A stretch of DNA of 63,452 nt, filler included, from Reclinomonas americana ATCC 50394 (GCA_048213135.1; 42 parts of 42 records of this genome joined end to end with filler, not necessarily neighbours in it), one strand, 5' to 3'; positions 37,974-52,889 are shown, counted from the first letter of the whole stretch. Numbers and translations are program-made. Notes: generated by a model from the sequence alone, not told the origin.

Positions 37974-38992
37974 GGCACCTTTGTGGACCCGCACGTGGAT
38001 GGCTTCACGAACATTGTGGCTCTCACCAAGAGCACACGGTGCGTTGATCAAGTTGATTGTGCAAAATGATCATTTTTCATTCCTCTCATCATCATGCGCG
38101 CGCGCGTACGCGTGGCGAGGCGCAGCTATGGGTGTCTCAGTCCGTACGAGCTAAAGGATGAGCGAGGGTTCCTGCTGGAGAACGTGTGGCAGTTTGGCAA
38201 GATATACAGGAACGTTCCAGCCACCACTTGCCGCTTGCATTCGCGCTCATCTCAAGTGATCTGGTCGTGGGCTGCCGAGGTGCACATGGATGCGCTGTGG
38301 GAGATGCCGACTGAGCAGTACTGGAAGTGGAGGCATGCGGGAATGGCCTGTCCGCACCCGGTGCGATATCCAGTTGGGTTTCATCATCGCTCCCAGTGTG
38401 TGGGGTACATTGTCGAGGACGAAGAGCCTGCTCTCTCGGCCGCGCCCACCGTGCTCAACTACATTGAGGCGCGCAAGCAGATCTACTGGCCAATCTACAG
38501 GGTGTGTTGGCCACGGGAACGTGCAAGCTTAAGTGCCGCGCGCAGTGCACAGCTGCAGCGACTGACTCGTGCACGCGTGCTCTCGTATCGCAGGATGCAG
38601 TGATGCAGCACCCCGAGTTCGTCAAGCTGAAGAGGCGAGTCGAGAAGGGAGACAGACTGTTGATTGTGGATGTCGATGGCCCGCACCAGGAGTCGCTGGA
38701 CTACTATGTCGACAAGTATGGAGTCGGCCGCGATTTCATCACAGACCACTCGATGTTCGCCACCAGCCACTCGCTGCGTTTGCTGCTCGACGATGAGCGA
38801 CATCCCTTTGGCCATGGATACTGTCTGGCGGCGTGTTTGCTGGGCATCAACCTGGTGGGTGAGGAAGGGTTGAGTGTGAGTGGACTGCTGGATGGCTGGC
38901 TCGCGGGATCCGGGAAGCACTCGCGCGATGCATATGAGTCGGGGGTCAGCGGCAGTGAGCCTCCAAAGAAGCGACAATGCAATGAAGTGTGA
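37974..38992 (+). CDS. DUF6939/NADAR-like protein resembling giant-virus hypothetical proteins (5' partial, 2 introns)
   Basis: LTKSTRYGCLSPYELKDERG..ENVWQFGKIY..VRYPVG..YIEARKQIY..LLIVDVDGPHQESL..HPFGHGYCLA. Introns at 38039-38125 and 38502-38593. Confidence 0.65.
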
Positions 38993-39066
38993 ATAACCGT
39001 TGAGAAGAGGCATGGTTCATTGAGAGGTGTTGCTTACAACACAAACCGCGAGCTTTGTCGAAATCA

Positions 39067-39382
39067 TCACATCTTACTCACTGTATCCCAGATGGTTCCC
39101 TCCGGAAGCTCGAAATCGCCGAGGACGCAGATATTGATCCAATGCGGTGAATCCGAATGGTTGTATGGCGGAGCGTACCACTGACCGTCACGGTGGAAGA
39201 GGAAACCATTGACCTCGTCGTTGATGTCGAGTCGTGACAGACCTGCTTTTTCGGCCCAGGTGGCAACTGCGTCAGTCGTTGCACTCAGCAGGAGATGCTG
39301 CGTCACACATGATTTCTCCCGCTTCCCAGACTTGACGTGGAAAACGCGAGCGTCGGCAACCGGTCCGATAACGTCTTCCAGC
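39067..39382 (-). CDS. C-terminus of a hypothetical protein
   Basis: Open frame running to the contig end, convergent with the previous gene. Confidence 0.4.
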
Positions 39383-39482
39383 NNNNNNNNNNNNNNNNNN
39401 NNNNNNNNNNNNNNNNNNNNNNNNNNTTAATTAATTAANNNNNNNNNNNNNNNNNNNNNNNNNNNNNNNNNNNNNNNNNNNN

Positions 39483-39598
<116 letters not shown>

Positions 39599-39659
39599 AG
39601 CGGCGGTCCCAATCGTGCGCACGTGCGTGAATTTGTGAACCAATCCACTAAGTACTCAC

Positions 39660-40062
39660 CGTCGGCTTTCGCTGCGTCGTTGGCCGGTGGTGGAGGCAAC
39701 TGCGTCTCATGCAGCACTGCAAACACCCCTGCACGCGGACCCACACACACAACAGCAGTTAATTTAACACAAGAGGCGTGATACATATTCCTCTCGCGCA
39801 AGGCACACACCGTCTCTCTTGAGCTTGTCTGCCAGTGTTGCCCGCACCAGGTTGAACTCTGCCGCAGTCCATCGCGCCCGACTTCCCGCCACCGTCGATT
39901 CCACTGTGTCTGCCACGCAGCTAAACAGGGTCTTGGCAGCTGCCCATCGCTGGCGCATTCTTTCTGTGAGCGTGAACGAACCAGAAGAAGAGTCAGGCAA
40001 CCACAATCGTGGAAATCCTCCATACTACACGTGCACTCACCTTTTGTCGCCGCCGCCGCAGC

Positions 40063-40096
<34 letters not shown>

Positions 40097-40383
40097 TCAG
40101 TTGCACCATCAGCAGCGGCAGTGGCGGGAGGCTGCGGAGAATGAGTGAGGACAAAGAAAGGGTAGCGAGAAGAGACACAGTGAGCGACAATCACCTCATT
40201 TGACGCGCTTGGTCCAGCATCTGTGGTGCTGGAGAGACGCCGCTTTCTTGACGACGTTGCAACGGGTGCACTGCCAGCAGGAGCGCTAGCGGCTGCCGAA
40301 ACTGGCGTGGTGGGTGCCGCGGTGTTCATCGGTGTAACGCTGATCTCGACTGCGATTGGTTCGAGTGCAGGCATCATCGGCAC
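39660..40383 (-). CDS. Hypothetical protein, possibly with a Myb/SANT-like segment
   Basis: Low-complexity N-terminus with an NLS-like SRKRR; ARWTAAEFNLVRATL; canonical introns. Confidence 0.35.
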
Positions 40384-40860
40384 ATCAGAGCCGGCTGGTG
40401 CTGGTTGGCGTGGCTGTTCCGTTCGCTGCAGGCAATCACAAGCTTAATATCGTCAGCAGCCAGGAGGGATAGGGTAAGAGGGGAGAAGAAAAGAAAACAT
40501 GGCAATTGCTGAAAAGAGGAGCTTCGTCCACTGACGGCCAAAACAAGCGAATGAGGTACGTCTGCGTCTACACGGATGAATCACGCACCTGCCGCTTGAC
40601 TGGCGGTTCGCCAACTTCGTCAACAACAGAGAAAACGATCTTGGAATGAAAGTCGGCTACGAAATCGAGGTTCTCCTTCCCGCACTGTGATGCGCTGTCG
40701 GCGAAACGGGACAACAACTGCGGCAAGTGCGCGCCAGTCAGCGATTCACTCTTGGCCTTCGTCCCACCCCACTCAGTGCACCTAGCATTATCTAGCTGTC
40801 CTTGCGCATCCTCTCTCTCTCTCCCACCCGCATCTGCAGCGTCACCCTCTCTTCTGCTCT

Positions 40861-40891
<31 letters not shown>

Positions 40892-41179
40892 NNNNNNNNN
40901 NNNNNNNNNNNNNNNNNNNNNNNNNNNNNNNNNNNTTAATTAATTAANNNNNNNNNNNNNNNNNNNNNNNNNNNNNNNNNNNNNNNNNNNNCAAATGACA
41001 CGCCATCAAGCAAGCAAGCGCTGCAGCATATGTTGAAACAGAAACGGCACTTCGCTTACTCTCTCTCTCTCTCTCTCTCACTCTCTTCACTCGACAGTTC
41101 AAATCCGTCAGTGCACGCCACCACATGGTTATCCGCTTTCCTCTCCCTTCCCCTAGAACCGCACCTTGCTCGTTGACCT

Positions 41180-42357
41180 GCGGGCGGCGTGCTCCATCGT
41201 CGGCGTAGGTGTTGGCGGTGACGAATCGATGCGCGAGCGCGCGGTATTGCAAACGCTGCGTCATGTGCCGATGAGCGATCAGCATGGAGGAAAACATCAC
41301 GATAGACATTGCGTACCCGCGCAAACATCTGGTACTCGATCGACAGGCTCGGCGACGGCCACGGGCGGCCGTACTTGAGGGTGTGGAGACGGTCTTGCAT
41401 GTACAGGCGCAGTCGCTGCGTCTCATCGAGTTCCTGCCAGCGGTTATCGGGGGCGGCGCGCGGGATCTTTGGGCGTTCTTCGTCGACGAAGCGCCACGGT
41501 TGGTGGATGTTGTACCAGATTTGACTGGGTACTGACAAGTGATAATAAGTGGAGACGTGAGGAGGGCGAACAAGAGGGAGAGAAGGAAAGAAGAGGAGTA
41601 CAGCAAGTAGTAGAAGAGAAAAACAAATCGAGCGACACGTCCAACAGATGCAAGAATACATCGAAAGAATGAGAGAGAGGACGGCAGGAAGTAGCACACG
41701 AGAACCACGCGATGCGAGTGTGGACGAGCATGAAGAGCAACGAGGGAAAGATCGACAAGGAGAGGGTTATGATCGGCAACGATTTTGGACGATCGAAAAT
41801 GATCGTGCACGAGTAATGAACGCGAGACAAAGGCTTGTCTTTCCTCTCCCACACATGCCCACTCACCAAGATCAGCCAGATACATATTCTCCACATCCAC
41901 CGTGCACACTGTGTGGCGACCAAGCAGCGCCTCGCGAGCACGCCACTGCGCACCGTGAACTGTGCGGATCTTGACGCCGACTGTCCCTTCACGTTCCACG
42001 TCTGCCGCACACGTGAGACACAAGGAGTGGGACGAGAGATGACGAAACGCTCTCGCAACTGTCGTAATAGTCGTGCATGGTAGTGTATTGCTGTTGCACC
42101 TTGTCCATGACCTCAGCGGTGGTCGACGATTCGAGGTGACCCAATGCGAGAGGCAACGAGTCGCGAATGAGCATTTCCCGTTCTGCGTCGTTAAAGTGAG
42201 ACGCGGGGACGAAAGGCGACTTGCTAGGTTCTACAATGGCACCTGAACGGCGAGACGAAGCTCTTGGGGCCTTACTTGCATCTGCCAGCTCCCGGACGTG
42301 GGAGCGCACCAGTGTTGGGTCGACGGCAGAGAGTAGTTGTAGTTGTGGTGGCCACAC
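41180..42357 (-). CDS. Hypothetical protein (multi-exon, partial)
   Basis: Three coding-like exons separated by pyrimidine-rich introns. Confidence 0.45.
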
Positions 42358-42500
42358 TGCGACGAGGGGGAGAGGGGGGAAGTGAGGGGGAGAGTGAGTG
42401 NNNNNNNNNNNNNNNNNNNNNNNNNNNNNNNNNNNNNNNNNNNNTTAATTAATTAANNNNNNNNNNNNNNNNNNNNNNNNNNNNNNNNNNNNNNNNNNNN

Positions 42501-43777
42501 AGCGAAGACGCCAGGTTTGCGAACGCCGATGCCACGGTGAACGCACCGAGTGTAACACTGAGCGGAAAGAGCACGCGCACATGCGACCAGCCCACAAAGT
42601 ACAAGCTGTGAGTGATGCGCAGTCCGGCATTCAACATGTTGGCGACAATCAGCCCGACAGTGCTGTAGGCGGCAAGAAGCCACATGGAGCTGGCCACGTG
42701 AACGACCGACAGTGTTACGAGGAGCCAGTTGAGGCGCACCAAGTACGTCGCCGACGCTCGAGCATGAACGTAGGCTTCGGTGACGCCATTGACGGCCATG
42801 AACAGCACGTAGACGCTGTAGACAGCGAGTGCCTTCGGGGCCTCCGTTCCGTCACTCCACTTGGCCCCGTACAGAATGCGCAGCAGCAGTAGACTGTAGG
42901 GGGGACCAAAGGTGGCAAAGAGCAGGCCCACCAGCGACATGGCGCGAGTGGCCAGTTGCACCGTCCGCACCGCCTGCTCTGCCAACTGCTTCGAGTACAC
43001 CGTGTGACACTGCTCCTCGATGGGAGCAAAGAGCACACGCGCCACTTGCGAACCCAGATTGCTCACGAGCGCGTACGCGCCCTGCGCCGCCGCCAACCTC
43101 TCGTCACTGTCAACACTCACCATCACCATCAGCACCATCTTCTCGCCCTCCGTGAGCAAATGCTTGACAAACGACTGCGCTGTCAGCACCACCCACAAGC
43201 GACCAATCGTGTCGCCGCTGCCGCTCGACTCGGGCCCTCGCACTCGCAGACGCGGTCGCAACCAGTGCTGCACCGGCAACCCGACCGCTCTCGACTCCAC
43301 CACCGCATACCACGTCAACACCGTGACCGACACCAGCGCATGCACGAGGAAGCCGACAGCAAACGCCATGCGCTGATCGTCAAACACCTGCGCGGCCAGC
43401 AGCGACAAGTTGACAAGTGCACGCGCCGACAAGGACCAGCCCTCGGCGCGCACTCGCGGTCGGAACCACAGCATGTTCTGCGCACACACATACGCCGGCT
43501 CGCCACACATCTCCACGCACGAGGCGAACAGCACCACGCGGTGCGGCCACGAGTGCACCCACACCAAAGCGACCACACTCGACACTGCCGCCGCCAACGC
43601 AATCGACACAAACGACAGCTGCGCGTTGCGCTGCAGAATCGCCACTGCGGCTGGATCGTGAATGTCGCCGCCACTGCGCTGTGTGCCCAGAGCATTGCGT
43701 GTGGAGGCGCGTCGGAGGCCTTCGCGCGCCAAAAACAACACCGTCGCGTTCAACACGTGGAACTCAATGTATGCCAC
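42501..43777 (-). CDS. RFT1: RFT1, Man5GlcNAc2-PP-dolichol translocation protein (partial)
   Basis: TVLFLAREGLRRA, QSFVKHLLTEGEK, QGAYALVSNLGSQVARVLFAPIEE, MAVNGVTEAY. Confidence 0.95.
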
Positions 43778-43863
43778 CTGTACAACAACAAGATGATGGA
43801 GAAGAAGAAGAAGAAGAAGAAGTGAGTATTCTCTGCGAGTGCACACACACACGCGCACACACA

Positions 43864-43904
<41 letters not shown>

Positions 43905-44011
43905 TCTTNNNNNNNNNNNNNNNNNNNNNNNNNNNNNNNNNNNNNNNNNNNNTTAATTAATTAANNNNNNNNNNNNNNNNNNNNNNNNNNNNNNNNNNNN
44001 NNNNNNNNCAC

Positions 44012-45413
44012 CTGCATGTGCTTCAGAGCAGCAACGGCGCGTTCCAGACTCTCCACTGGCGGGCGATCCACAAAGGGGAACTACCAACAGCACACAACAG
44101 TGAGCATGTCAAGTGATCTCTGGTCGCTCTCTCTCTCTCTCTTCCCAGCACATACCGTGCGCACGTCCTCAATGTCAAACGCCTTGAGCTGCAACACCAC
44201 AGTCTCGAGTGGTGTGCGGCGCACCTCGGGCACACTGTACTCGAGAAAGTGGTTGTACTCGGTGCGCGAGTACAGCCGGAAACACTTGCCCGGACCCGTA
44301 CGACCGGCACGACCTTTGCGCTGCTCAGCAGAGGCGCGCGAGATCCAGTACTCTTGGAGCGAGCTCATCTTGCTCTCGGCATCGTAGCCCATCTCCTTCA
44401 CTTTGCCTGTGCGTGCACACTCGTGAGGCACACATCGATACGCAAGTGTGAGTTCACCGAGACGCACCCGAGTCCACAACAAAGCGAATGCCATCAATGG
44501 TGATCGAGGTCTCGGCGATGTTGGTCGACAGAATGACTTTGCGCACGCCATCGGGGGCAATGTCAAACGCCTGCACTCAGTCGCAAGGCTCAGCATGCAA
44601 GCACAGGATGGAAGGATGGCAGAGGAGAGGCCCAACCTTGTCCTGTTCGTCGACACTGAGCGTCGAATGCAGCATGAGCGGAATCCAACGCTTGCTCTGC
44701 TGGGTGAATGCGGAAATGGCGTCGTGGAGCACCGAGATCTCATTGATACCACTGAGAAAGATGAGCATATCGCCACGCTCGCTGGCCGGATACTCCGTGT
44801 CGATGCGATCCTGCACAGGTGATAGTCAGACACCGATAGAAATACGAACACATTCCACAAGTAGTCACTGACCAACAACGAGAGGTACGGCTTGGGATCG
44901 ATCAGTTGTCGCTTCGCACCGGTCGGAACTGCGGGCAGGGAATGTAAACAACGCTCTGTCTCTCGTTCGCACTCATTTGTCAGCAACACGCAACTGGAAG
45001 ACTTGGCATCGGCAGCCGACGAGTTTCGTTCGACCAGCAGTTGCTCGTCGGCGGCCGACGCCTCGTCGACAGAAATAAACTCGACTTCGATGGGATACAA
45101 GCGACCGGGCACCTGAATCACTGGAACACCCTCAAAGTAGGACGAGAACAACTCAATGTTGATGGTGGCACTCATGAGAACCAACTTGAGGTCGCTCCTA
45201 TTCACCAAATGAATGACACGATGAGCAACAAAGAGAGCGCCAACACGGCGATGGGCGATTCTGCACTTCTAACCTCCGTTGCAGGATGAGCTTGAGCAGA
45301 CCGAGAAGAATGTCGCAATTGAGGTGGCGCTCATGCACCTCGTCAATGATGATGATCTCGTAGTCCGACAGCAGCGGGTCGCTCACAATCTGACGCATCA
45401 GCACTCCCTCGGT
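44012..45413 (-). CDS. DHX34: DEAH-box RNA helicase, DHX34-like (partial)
   Basis: [55 protein letters not shown]. Confidence 0.82.
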
Positions 45414-46231
45414 NNNNNNNNNNNNNNNNNNNNNNNNNNNNNNNNNNNNNNNNNNNNTTAATTAATTAANNNNNNNNNNNNNNNNNNNNNNNNNNNNNNN
45501 NNNNNNNNNNNNNCGAACCTTAGCAATCCAGTTCTCTTTCTCTCAGATCCACCACTGCCGAGACAGACATCATACACCATCAATGTTGAAGGCGCACATT
45601 TGTTGAGCACCGTGACGACTGATGATACAGAACACCTCCTCAGCGTCCAACAAACAAGAGAACAACTCACGAATACAACGCCATGTGGAGACCTGCATTC
45701 ACCCACAGCGAATCACAACTGCCAACCGTCAGCCACGAGTCACAGCCCATATCGCCAGACACTGCATCACAGCTCCACTCGACATGATTAACAGAGGCTA
45801 GCTTGCCAGCGGGTGAGCGGATCGACGTCAGTGGCAGTGAGCGACACCGTGACTTGCGAGAGCTTGACACAAGTCCATCAACACACACAGCCGCCAAGAC
45901 ATGCACAGCGAGGCCATCGCTGGCAAACAGAACGAGGGTGCGGAGAGCGTCAACAGCTGCAGAAGCACGGCACCGGCAGCGGGCGTGAGAACTGCAACAA
46001 CGAGTGCGTCTACGAGTCGAACACAGGAGCCGCAGTTCACGGACAGCGGACTCGTGCAGATGAGAAGAAGAATGACCGTCACACAGTGAACGCACAGCCA
46101 GGAGGACGCAGAAAGTCACAATCGCACTCCAACTCTGCATGGGCCCTTCAGTGTCAACACATGGGCCACTGTGGGCGTGTGTGTGTGAGAGAGAGTGAGT
46201 GAGTGAGTGAGAAGACAGAGAGAGGGACAGA

Positions 46232-46276
<45 letters not shown>

Positions 46277-46777
46277 ACACACACAGACAGAGAGAAGACC
46301 TCGGCGTGTCGCGCAGAAGAGGACGTACGGGCAGAGCACGCAAACACACACGCACCATCTCAGAAGGGACACCAACGCGCAAGTTACCACACTATGCGAC
46401 TTAGCGCTTGAAATCTGTGCAGACGCACACAGGCTGGTGGGAGCACACACGACAACAACACTTTTCACACTCATCAACCACAAAAACTCCTCGAGCTCAC
46501 AGCATTGATCAACACGGGCACACTGCCAGACACGCGCGCGCATCAAACGACACGTTGAGGGACAACTGTGGTGTGTGTCTCACTCGTGAAGCACCACGCA
46601 CAGCAACGCACGCAGTCTTGCTTTGCACACGTGAGTGCTCCTTGTCATCGGAGGTGCCCACGACACAAAGGGATCCACAAAGACGAATATTCGGAGAACC
46701 TTCGGCAGGCTCCGATCTGCGAATTGGCTTGCTTGTTTTATTTTGTTTGTTGCGTGTGTGAGAGAGCAAGAAGAGAG

Positions 46778-46901
46778 ATGCTGCCGACGGTGTTCATCAG
46801 TCACTTGGCACCAGTGTTGCTCATGTTGGAGGGACATGCGGCGTTGGAGACGTGGCGCAATTTGTGGGCCTCTGTGCAGCGAGTGGTTGAGGAGCGAGGA
46901 G
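46778..46901 (+). CDS. First exon of a possible LigB/DODA-type extradiol dioxygenase
   Basis: MLPTVFISHLAP resembles the P.LFISHG.P start; followed by a G|GTGAGT donor. Confidence 0.45.
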
Positions 46902-47201
46902 GTGAGTGGGAGAGAGAGAGNNNNNNNNNNNNNNNNNNNNNNNNNNNNNNNNNNNNNNNNNNNNTTAATTAATTAANNNNNNNNNNNNNNNNNNNNNNNN
47001 NNNNNNNNNNNNNNNNNNNNCAAAAAAAAGACAAACAAAAAAACTGGTGCTGCTCTTTTCTATCTTTGTGTATTCCCTCTGCACCTCACTCAGCGCAAGC
47101 GTGAACGTCGATACACAGCAGCAGCGGCGCGACACACACTTCGTTTCGACGTTCGCAATCCGTCGCGAGCACTCCATTGTCAGTTTTACTGGTAACGATC
47201 A

Positions 47202-48427
47202 ATGACGAGCAAAGGCGGCGACCAGGCCGCTCGCACGCAGTCGTTTGAGGGCGTCGAGTACAAATCCGTTGCGTGCCTTCCCCTCCCACCTTGACTCTCC
47301 TTCCCTCGCTCACACGCGCACGCACACACACACAGGACATTGATGAGAGCACGCGACAGGCGCTGTGTGTGGCGTGCTTGTCGGCGGGGTACGTGGACTC
47401 GTACGTGGAGCTCTTCCAGCTTCTCATGCGGCCTCCGGTGGTGGTCGACCCGATCACCGAGCGCAAGTTTGCAGTGCCACTGGCGCGCGTGGAGTTTGTC
47501 ATTGAGCAGCTGCAGACGGGTGAGCAGAATCGACGCGAGGGCAACTATCGTGGCTTCTTCGAGGCCATGAAGGAGCTGGCCGAGTACTTTGAGGTGGAGG
47601 GTGACATGGAGATGGCGGAGAAGTACCTCAAGCGTGGGTGCGATCTGGCGCACGACTCGGGCGAGATGCAGCTGGAGGGCGAGGCGGTGGAGAGTCTGGG
47701 CATGTTCTTTGAGCGCATTGGAAAGGTGGGGAGCGTGTCGTGCGCCTGAAGGGGGAGATCATGAGAGAGCGAATGACTGAGAGCGTCTGCAGCCTACGTC
47801 GGCGCTGGAGGCGTACGAGTTGGCGTCGCGATTGGCGCAGCAGACGCACAACCGGTCGGCGGCGCGGACAGCTCTGGAGCACTTGATCAATGTGTACACG
47901 ACGCTGGCGGAGAAGAAGCAGCAGTTGAGTAGAGCGAGCGAGCGAGAGAGAGAGAGAGGTGCGTTGTTCTAACGCGTGTATGCGTGCAGGGCTGGTGATC
48001 TGGAGGGCGCCATGGAGCACTACCGACAGAGCTTGCAGGCTGCGATCAAGGGCGGTCTGCAGCAAGCCGAAGGCGAGATGCAGCATCGACTCGGCGGAGT
48101 GCTGAACGCCGCCAAGCAGTATCAGCAGGCGGTGGAGGCGGAACGTGAGTTTTTGCGAGTATGTGAGGAGCGCAGGGATACGGAAGGTGCGTTGTGGACG
48201 CCCGTGCCAACTGTGCTGTGCTGATGATACGTGTACCAACGCCGATGCCTCTGCGTTCAGGTATGGCACTGGCGTACGGGGCCATGACGCACATCTTCGA
48301 GTCCAAGGGCGACATTGCGAATGCCGTCACTTGCGTGGAACAGTACTTGCTGCTGGCTGAGGAGACCGCCTCGCTCGAGTTGCAAGCGGAGGCTTGTCGC
48401 ACACTGGGCGCGCTACACAGCAAGCAG
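47202..48427 (+). CDS. TTC29: TTC29-like protein, copy 2
   Basis: Near-identical to 13727-15146. Confidence 0.65.
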
Positions 48428-48527
48428 NNNNNNNNNNNNNNNNNNNNNNNNNNNNNNNNNNNNNNNNNNNNTTAATTAATTAANNNNNNNNNNNNNNNNN
48501 NNNNNNNNNNNNNNNNNNNNNNNNNNN

Positions 48528-49904
<1,377 letters not shown>

Positions 49905-50300
49905 TTATCATGATTTGCTGATGGACAAGGGGANNNNNNNNNNNNNNNNNNNNNNNNNNNNNNNNNNNNNNNNNNNNTTAATTAATTAANNNNNNNNNNN
50001 NNNNNNNNNNNNNNNNNNNNNNNNNNNNNNNNNAGGAGGATGTGTGGTTCACCAATGATGTAGAGGAAGTCGATCGTCTGCAGCTGCAAAAGGTGCTGCT
50101 GCCACACGAAGAGGACGCTGACTCCAATCCCGACTGCGTCTACACAAAACGATGGGAATGAAACTCGATGGCTTCTTCATGGCATCCTCTCCTCCGTCCA
50201 CGACGAAAAGAAACGCGGTGGGTACGATGAGGTGCAGGGATCAAACGCAAGCAGAGAAAAATACAACAACAACAAATAGCACGACAAAACAAGGTGGTGC

Positions 50301-51438
50301 TCAGCAACCCTCCGGAATGCGCTCGTACGCCGTCGGCTCCGTGTGGCAGCTAAAGTCCATGTTGCTGTAGGGCTTGACAAAGGAGAACTGGTCGAGTGCA
50401 AGCGGGACCCAGTCTGCGAAACGAGGCAGTCAAGTGTCAGCAAAAGTCAAACAGAGCGTACACGACAATGCCGCCACGCAACAGTCGCCAGCAAGCTGGC
50501 AGAAGGGCGTGTTTGCCACGCACGGAGCCGGCGGCGCCCAGCTCTTGTCGAAAATGTCGAGGTTGTAGACACTGTCGCCAAAGAGAGGAAGTGAGTGAGC
50601 CAAGTGGCAGCACTCTCAAACAGAGCGAACTCGCGCACGCAACTCCTTCGGCGTCATCTCAGTGGCCTGAATGTCGACACCCGGCTCAAACACACCGGCT
50701 GCCATGTAGGTGCGGGCCACAAACACGTCGCACACCATGTTCGGACCGTCAGAGTACACCCTATGAGACAATGAGTGTGCAACCGCACTGCAGAACAATG
50801 GATGGCACACACACGACGAACCAATCGTCGCGCTCCGGCAACGTCATCAGCTCAAAGATACCAATGTTCTGCTGGTCGCAGTAATCGAGGACGCACTGCA
50901 CGTTTTGGCTGCACATACACACAACGTGTGAGAAGACAGTTTTGATGCACCACAACAACACCGCAGCGTGATGCGCGACCGACCATTGGAGCGACGACTT
51001 CTTGTAGTAGCGCAGACGCTGGTTGATGCCCTCGAGGATCACAATGGTCACGTTTGCCGGGATGAGGCGGTCGGCAATGGCGACGCCCACAGTCATGATC
51101 TGCGGCGTCAGCGGCGGCGCAAAGTTGTACTGCTCCGTGTCGATCCTGCATCAACGAATCGCACTGTGAACGACATGGACGAGCGAAAATAGTGAAGAGA
51201 GATAAAGCCGACGAACCAGCCGTACGCAAAGTTGTGGAGTCCATAGTCGAGGCTGCAAGAGAAATGAAAGAGTGAGCGACGAGCGATGCAAGATTGGTAG
51301 ATCACTGCATACCCTTCGCTCTTCTTGAAGAAAGCGCTATGTGCGTGAGCAGGCATGATCAGAGTGAGTGAGTGAATGAGACGGGCAGCGAAAGTTGGAG
51401 AATTGAGAAACGCAACACAGCGGCATCGTTGTTCCAGC
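50301..51438 (-). CDS. Conserved uncharacterised protein of a plant/protist family (At1g70160-like), 5' partial
   Basis: YGLHNFAYGW, LMTLPERDDW|VYSDGPNMVC, IQATEMTPKD|VY, FCQLAGDY, YERIPEGC-stop; 7 introns. Confidence 0.65.
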
Positions 51439-51538
51439 NNNNNNNNNNNNNNNNNNNNNNNNNNNNNNNNNNNNNNNNNNNNTTAATTAATTAANNNNNN
51501 NNNNNNNNNNNNNNNNNNNNNNNNNNNNNNNNNNNNNN

Positions 51539-51755
51539 ATTAGTGTGCAGCGACGGCGACACGAGATGGATGCTGTGGAACGAACGGACTGTCACACTGC
51601 GTGCTATGCGGGCACTGAGCGCACTGCCAGAGTGTGAAGACGAGTCACTGCCGCTGCTTGTTCTCCGCTGCTTCATCGCAGAGGATGCATCGGCGCAGAT
51701 CTCCAAAGACGCCAGACTCCGGGTGGACTCAAACACAGTGTACACATGGGAATAA
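51539..51755 (+). CDS. C-terminus of a protein sharing the AMRA..LPxLVLRCFI motif with the WD40 protein
   Basis: LRAMRALSALPECEDESLPLLVLRCFIAED. Confidence 0.55.
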
Positions 51756-51767
51756 GTTCAATCGGTG

Positions 51768-52099
51768 TTATATGTTGAGCCGCTGCTTGATGCGCTGGAG
51801 GTAACGGACGGTCTGCGAGTCTGGCGCCGGATGACCTCCCTCAATGTCTCGTATTAGTTCGACGGCACCCGCAGACGCCACAACCGCACGGCATGCGCGG
51901 TTGGAGCACAGGTTGCCAAGCGAAAACAGCGCAATCTTGCGCGCACTGCTGCGGTTTTGCCGAGCAGCTCGCATCAGCTCCTGGATGGCGTTGTGCTCAA
52001 TCAGGTCGTCACAGAGAGTGTGTGAATTGCGTACAAGGTTGCCCAGAGCACCTGCACAGAGGAAGACGGCGATCAGCACACACACATATAGGCCGAACT

Positions 52100-52153
<54 letters not shown>

Positions 52154-52889
52154 CGGCTGCATTAGCGCGTGTCTTCTCGTCCGAGTCCGTCAGCAGGCGC
52201 ACCAGCGGCGGAATGCAGGTTTTCAGGTGCGGATACAGTGCGGCCGAGTGGAAAGCAGCGTTGCCGATCGCAAAACACGCAAATTTGCGGGTTTGCGAGT
52301 CGGGATCAGAGCACCGGTCAATCACCACGTCAAGAATCTTGAATCTGGTGTCGCCACACTCAACAGTTAGCAGATGACAACGAAACAAGGGTCAGAGACA
52401 TGCACATACCTTACAAGATGCACATAAAAATACTCGCTGTGACGACACATGTTGCCGACCAGATTGCACGTCTTGGCGCGCACGCTGGGATCGGGATGAG
52501 CGAGCAGTTTGGCGATCAGCCCGTGCGCAATCAACGACGAATCGATGTGCGGGTAAAAGTCCTTGCTGATGCGGGCCAGTTGCGACACAATGAGCAGCGT
52601 GTCAATCACAATTCCCGTGGGAACGGCCTTGCTCGAGTCTTCGGGCGCCGTCAAGAACTCTTGGACTCGCGACGAGTCGAGGCCACCAAACTCCACAAAC
52701 TGCTCGGCAAACACTGTCGATCCGAGCACCAGGCGTGATAATAGACCTGCACAGAAACAGGAAAGTGTGAGAAGATGATGCGTGGCATGGCGTACATCAA
52801 TGAGCTGGATCGAGTGCGCACCCAGCGGCAACTCCCAAAACTCCTTGTCGAGGAACTTGGTGCTCCGAATCACATTCTTCACCAGACCC
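51768..52889 (-). CDS. STK36: Fused/STK36 kinase, C-terminal ARM/HEAT region
   Basis: VRAKTCNLVGNMCRHS..DPDSQTRKFACFAIGNAAFHS..EKTRANAAGALGNLVRNS. Confidence 0.88.

Noticed and set aside
45514..46700. Several overlapping ORFs on both strands
   Set aside because: No recognisable motif or consistent exon chain; left unannotated.
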